Source: the human T2T-CHM13v2.0 reference genome, Homo sapiens. From it: a DNA stretch of 64,000 nt. The number at the start of each line of letters is the position of its first letter. Within the stretch, counting starts at the first letter, position 1. The translations under genes were made by a program, and so were the position numbers. The notes under the pieces are model-generated. The model had not been told where the DNA came from. It worked only from the letters and a program-made list of their open reading frames with translations, and did not search any database. The stretch lies in the NCBI RefSeq assembly GCF_009914755.1, contig NC_060934.1; one strand, written 5' to 3'. Shown one piece after another: positions 59,671 to 64,000 of the stretch.

Positions 59671-60101
59671 TTACTTTCTCACATTCCTTTCAATGGGGAC
59701 AGGATATTATTCCATGGGCCTTATGGGTAAACAATTATCTTACATATGTAACCAGCTCTTAGTATAATGGAGCCAGGAGAGAATCCTCCTAATATATGTA
59801 CTTCACAATTTTTTCCTCTGGCTACTTGTTTTAAATGAGAATAAAATTAAGTAAAATAGCCTAACAATTCAAAACTAGACCAGCAATAATGTATTTTTAA
59901 ACCCTGGAAAATTTACTTATTCATCTTGAACTCCAAATTTCTCACTGAGATAATATGTTGTTTAAACAAAAATGTCTGTAAGAGTCCATAAAGTGACAGA
60001 ATGAGTGAATGTGCAAAGAAACTATTCCAAGAACCAGGAAAATACAAGAAGAGTTAATAATAACCCAAGCAATTAAAATGATGCATATCAGGTACTGGGG
60101 A

Positions 60102-60461
60102 TGCTTTAGTGTGCTTGGGCTGCCATAACAAAGTACCACTGATTGGGTGGCTTAAACAACCAACTTATTTTTCACGATTCTGGAGGCTTGAATTTCAAGA
60201 GCAAGATACTAGCAAATTTGGTTTCTGGTGAAGACTCTCTTCCTAGCTTGCAAATCACCCACCTTCTTGCTGTGTCCTCACATGGCCTTTTCCTCTGTGC
60301 TTACAGCGAGAGAGAGAGAGAGAGAGATCTGGTGTCACTCTACTTATAAAGATACAACTTCTATTTCATAAGGGTCCCACCCTTATTACTGCCTTTAACC
60401 TTACTTAGTTCCTTAAAGGTTCTCTAAGATGGTGGGGTGGGGTGGCATTCAGTTCAGAACA
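60102..60461 (-). mobile_element. MLT1A-type solo LTR
   Basis: gcttgggctgccataacaaagtaccac..gggtggcttaaacaac..cattcagttcagaaca; TSD gggga/ggaga. Confidence 0.85.
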
Positions 60462-60599
60462 GGAGATATGGCTAAAGTACTGGAAAGAAAAATGTACAGC
60501 CTAAAAGAGGTACCTGCCCATCCATTCATCTACTCCTCCCTCCAACCACTCCTCCCACTATCCATTCAGTATACATACATTAAGACAAAATTTTAAAAC

Positions 60600-61180
60600 T
60601 CAAAAAGATATATAGAAAGACTTAATACAAGTAAAAGAAGTTAATAAAATAAAATATTTTGAAATGGAGACATCTCAAGTAACTCCAAATTTCATTTCTT
60701 GTAACTAAAATTTGATCAAGAAAATAAAAAGTAACACACACACAAAACATAACAGAATCAGAGAAAATAAACATACTGCAGGTATGATTGAGAATCAGTG
60801 AAAATATCCCACATGGTATACCAAAAATTTAAATATCTTTGTGAAATAAATTAATTTTTGGGAAAATAAAAATTACTCTTATTGACACAAAAATATAGAA
60901 AAAAGCATTAAGCTAATTGGAAAGTCAATTAATGATCTATTTGTATTATTTGGGGAACATGTAGTTAATATATTCCCTAATCTGTTCCACAGTACAGAAA
61001 AAAATTGGAAAACTTCAGATTCATTTTACCTTGCTATATTATGTTATTCACAAATTAATACTAGTGATTGTTAGCCTCCAAAAGAAAAGTTTATGCCAAT
61101 TTCACTTATTAAATTGAATTTTTTAAAATCATAAATAATTAATAACAAATAATATTCACCAGTTATTTAATTAATACCTT
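60600..61180 (+). mobile_element. Old L1 ORF2 fragment
   Basis: A-rich decayed L1 phrases (aatctgttccacagtacagaaaaa, gccaatttcacttatt). Confidence 0.5.
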
Positions 61181-61427
61181 ATCCTATTCTAGGAAGCATA
61201 ATCATCCCCCACCAAAAGGCAACTATGGTACAAATTATGAAGTATTATTATAATAAACCACATTGTCAAATGCAGTTATTCAGTTAGGGACCATAGCAAA
61301 GTCTGAGAGTAGTGAGTTGTAACAGGTATTCATGAATAACACCAAATGTCCCAGATCTTAGCAAGAAATGTTTGTCAAGGCCATTTTACCAACAAATGCC
61401 TTGTGGATAGGGGTAGATTTTACCCTT

Positions 61428-62320
61428 GTTGCAGTCATCTATCACCACATAAGAAAATTCTACAAAATGTATTATTTCTATGATTCTGCTCTCTGTGTTT
61501 GGCTCAGCTGGGCACTTTGTCTGCTCTAGCTGGTGTCTATTAGGCTGAAACTTCTGAGGTGGCAGTATTAGACTGCTAGGACAGACTGTGTGGCTGAAAC
61601 AATAGAAATGTATTTTCTCACAGTTCTAGGGGCTAGAAGTCTAAGATGAAGTTGCTGGCAGGTGTGGTTTCTTCTGAGGCCTCTCTTCTTGGCTTGCGGA
61701 CAGCTGCCTTCTCACTGCGTTCTTGTGTAAATTTTTCTTGTGCTTCTGTGTTCCTAGTGTCTTGTCCTCTTCTTATAAGGGCACAATTTTCTTGAATTAT
61801 GGCTCCTCTCTTATAACCTTATTCACCCTTATTTACATATCTAAAGGCCGTATCTCCAAATACAGTTACATTGAGGGATTAGGGTTTCAACATATGAATT
61901 TGGGAAGAGACATAACTCACTTCATAGCAGTGGCTTTATCACTCACCTGTTTGATACCTCTGTTGGAAAGGCTGGAACAGCTGGGAGGTTGACTGGACAT
62001 TCTCTCTCCAAAAGGCTTTTCATTGTGGCTAGCTGGAGATTCAGCACAGCTCATGCTCTCACGGTAATCAGACATCCTATACAGTGCTGGTTTTAAAGAA
62101 ATCAGAAGTTTCAAGGTCTCTTTCTTGATAACTAGCCCAGGAACTGACAGAGCCTTACTTCTGCCACATTGTATTAATCAAGGCAAGTCACAGGCCCGCT
62201 CAGATTTGTGATGGAAGGGTGGAGAAACAGGCTCCCCTTCACCATAGGTGCAAAGGCATACACACATAGGAGAAAGAGAATTGTTGATTTCTCCCATTGG
62301 AGGCCACCACCCCACTGAGA
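61428..62320 (-). mobile_element. Old MLT1 LTR split by a younger MLT1A
   Basis: ggctcagctgggcac.. left part and ..ttctgccacattgtattaatcaaggcaagtcacaggcc right part. Confidence 0.65.
61564..61929 (-). mobile_element. MLT1A-type LTR nested in the older MLT1
   Basis: gtattag..ttctcacagttctaggggctagaagtctaagat..catagca; perfect 5-bp TSD GTGGC. Confidence 0.87.
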
Positions 62321-62919
62321 AGAATTAATGTTCTCAGTGTCAGTCAACCTAGGAAGATTAATACTGGAATAAGGAATAAATCTCATCAAAGGGATATTAT
62401 ATGAAGAAGAGAAGCTTCTATTTCTGGGCAATAGAATAAATGTATTCAAATTCTAAGTGCACAAGAGCCCTGAAACAGTTGTTAGGAAAATATTGGATGA
62501 AATTGATGAGAAGCCCCAAGCTTGGCCAGAAGTTTTACTTTCCTCTCTGTTCTGTAATTCTCATTCATGATCCTTACCCTTTCATTAAACTCTGATTAAA
62601 ATTATGGCCTTAGCATTGGTTCTGCTGTGGGGATAGAGGAAAAGAGTCTGTGTTCCTAGTTGAGATGAAATAATATAAAGGAGAACACAGTGTCCCCAGC
62701 CTAAAGCCCAAAGAGTGATTGACAGAAGCCAGCCCAACCAAAAAATTGCAATTAGGCATAGGTTAGCTATAATAGAGGCAATAACAAGGCAACACGAAGT
62801 CATAATGTATTATCTGACAAGATGCAGTAACCTGGGAAATAATGCTGGTGAATACTTGTGTCACTGTCATTTGGATGCATGATGACATCATATAAACCTC
62901 TTGTACTATCTTGTCCCAT

Positions 62920-63400
62920 TTTAAAATCACTTATGTTTCCTGGTGCATATAAAGTAGAATGGAAACATCACAGCATAACCAGCTGTATATAATTTTGAGT
63001 CATTTGATGGACATAATATTGCCCATAAACCCTTAATAAAATGTAGTATGCATCTTTTCTAGTTGAGTCAGCTTTCCTAAGATTATTAGTGGAATCCAAT
63101 ATCCAACAAAAACTGAAAAAAGTTGTCTTACCATCTTATTTCTCACCGCTAGTCCCATTAGACTGTATACTCAGTCACATCACTTGCAACTCTCTGAAAA
63201 TGTTTTTTGGCCTTTTGCATTTCCATGAGTTTGCCTATTGTCTTTATCTGAGCCCAGACTCTCTTACCTGTTATGTATTTGTTCCCTCAGAAATCATATA
63301 CTTACAGTCTGTACAAGCCTACCTCTTCAAGGAAACATTTCCTGACACAGAGCCTTAGCTCCTGACAACTCTGCTACTATATTGAGAGTTCCTTAATAGT
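62920..63400 (+). mobile_element. L2 fragments
   Basis: tttgcatttccatgagtttgcctattg..cctacctcttcaaggaaacatttcctgac. Confidence 0.45.
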
Positions 63401-63960
63401 ATGAACTCTGTCTTGCATTCCTCTCCAAAGAAAAATAACAGTAAATATTTTTAAATGGTTAAAAGAATGATATAACTTCACACTTAGATTTTAAATATAG
63501 AACTTCTCACTGGCTCTTGATACTGTAAAATTTTGAATTTGAAGGAACTTGGCAAAACCACAAATTAATCTCCATATGTTCTCCTTTGAGATTCATATGA
63601 ATATTGCATTCCATGGAAAACCTCAGTATTACATAGGTCCTTAAAATAAATGTGCAAAGTAATCTTAATCTTTTGTGGTATATGTTTTGGTTAAATAAAA
63701 GAAGCCATAGCAATATGCTGCAAAATTGCTTTGGTTCAAAATGTCATTTTAGATCATCTTCTCCTGGGCAAAGGTAAATATGATTCTAATAATATTTGAC
63801 TTGTAAACTGTATTTTTATTAAGGTAGGTTGACTTTCTTATAAACTGAAAATTAATTTGAAGAATTCCTAGTCATGCAAATGACAGTATCTAAGAAAAGA
63901 GACATGTATAATATCATCTAAAAGAGTTGTTGTTTCATATGTTTTCTTCTTGATATGCAG

Positions 63961-63992
63961 CCATACAAGTGATTTTTAATGTTCATAGTATG
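63961..63992 (+). other. Candidate 32-nt micro-exon
   Basis: Acceptor gttttcttcttgatatgcag and consensus donor ATG|GTAAGT in non-repeat DNA; one stop-free frame xIQVIFNVHSM. Confidence 0.4.
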
Positions 63993-64000
63993 GTAAGTTA

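Overview
AT-rich, CpG-poor primate (human-like) genomic DNA, intronic or intergenic, made mostly of transposon relics. These include about 17 Alu copies or monomers (J, Sx, Sp, Sg, Sc, Y), old L1M, L2 and MIR fragments, MaLR LTRs (MLT1, THE1), a near-complete THE1 element and a deleted ERV-L provirus with recognisable RNase H, integrase and dUTPase remnants. Also present are ERV1 solo LTRs (LTR1-like, MER52, MER4-group) and DNA transposons (full-length HSMAR2 mariner with three nested insertions, Tigger3a/3b, MER6, MER5A). No ORF in the supplied track is a credible intact gene, and I see no CRISPR array, rRNA, tRNA or new multi-gene system. The best leads are: (1) a deletion fusing the DUX4-motif-bearing start of an MLT2A LTR onto the 5' LTR of a THE1 element; (2) the Russian-doll HSMAR2; (3) two plus-strand candidate exons in unique DNA (7703-7840 and 63961-63992). 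Subfamily names come from recalled consensus sequences, and boundaries without a TSD are approximate.
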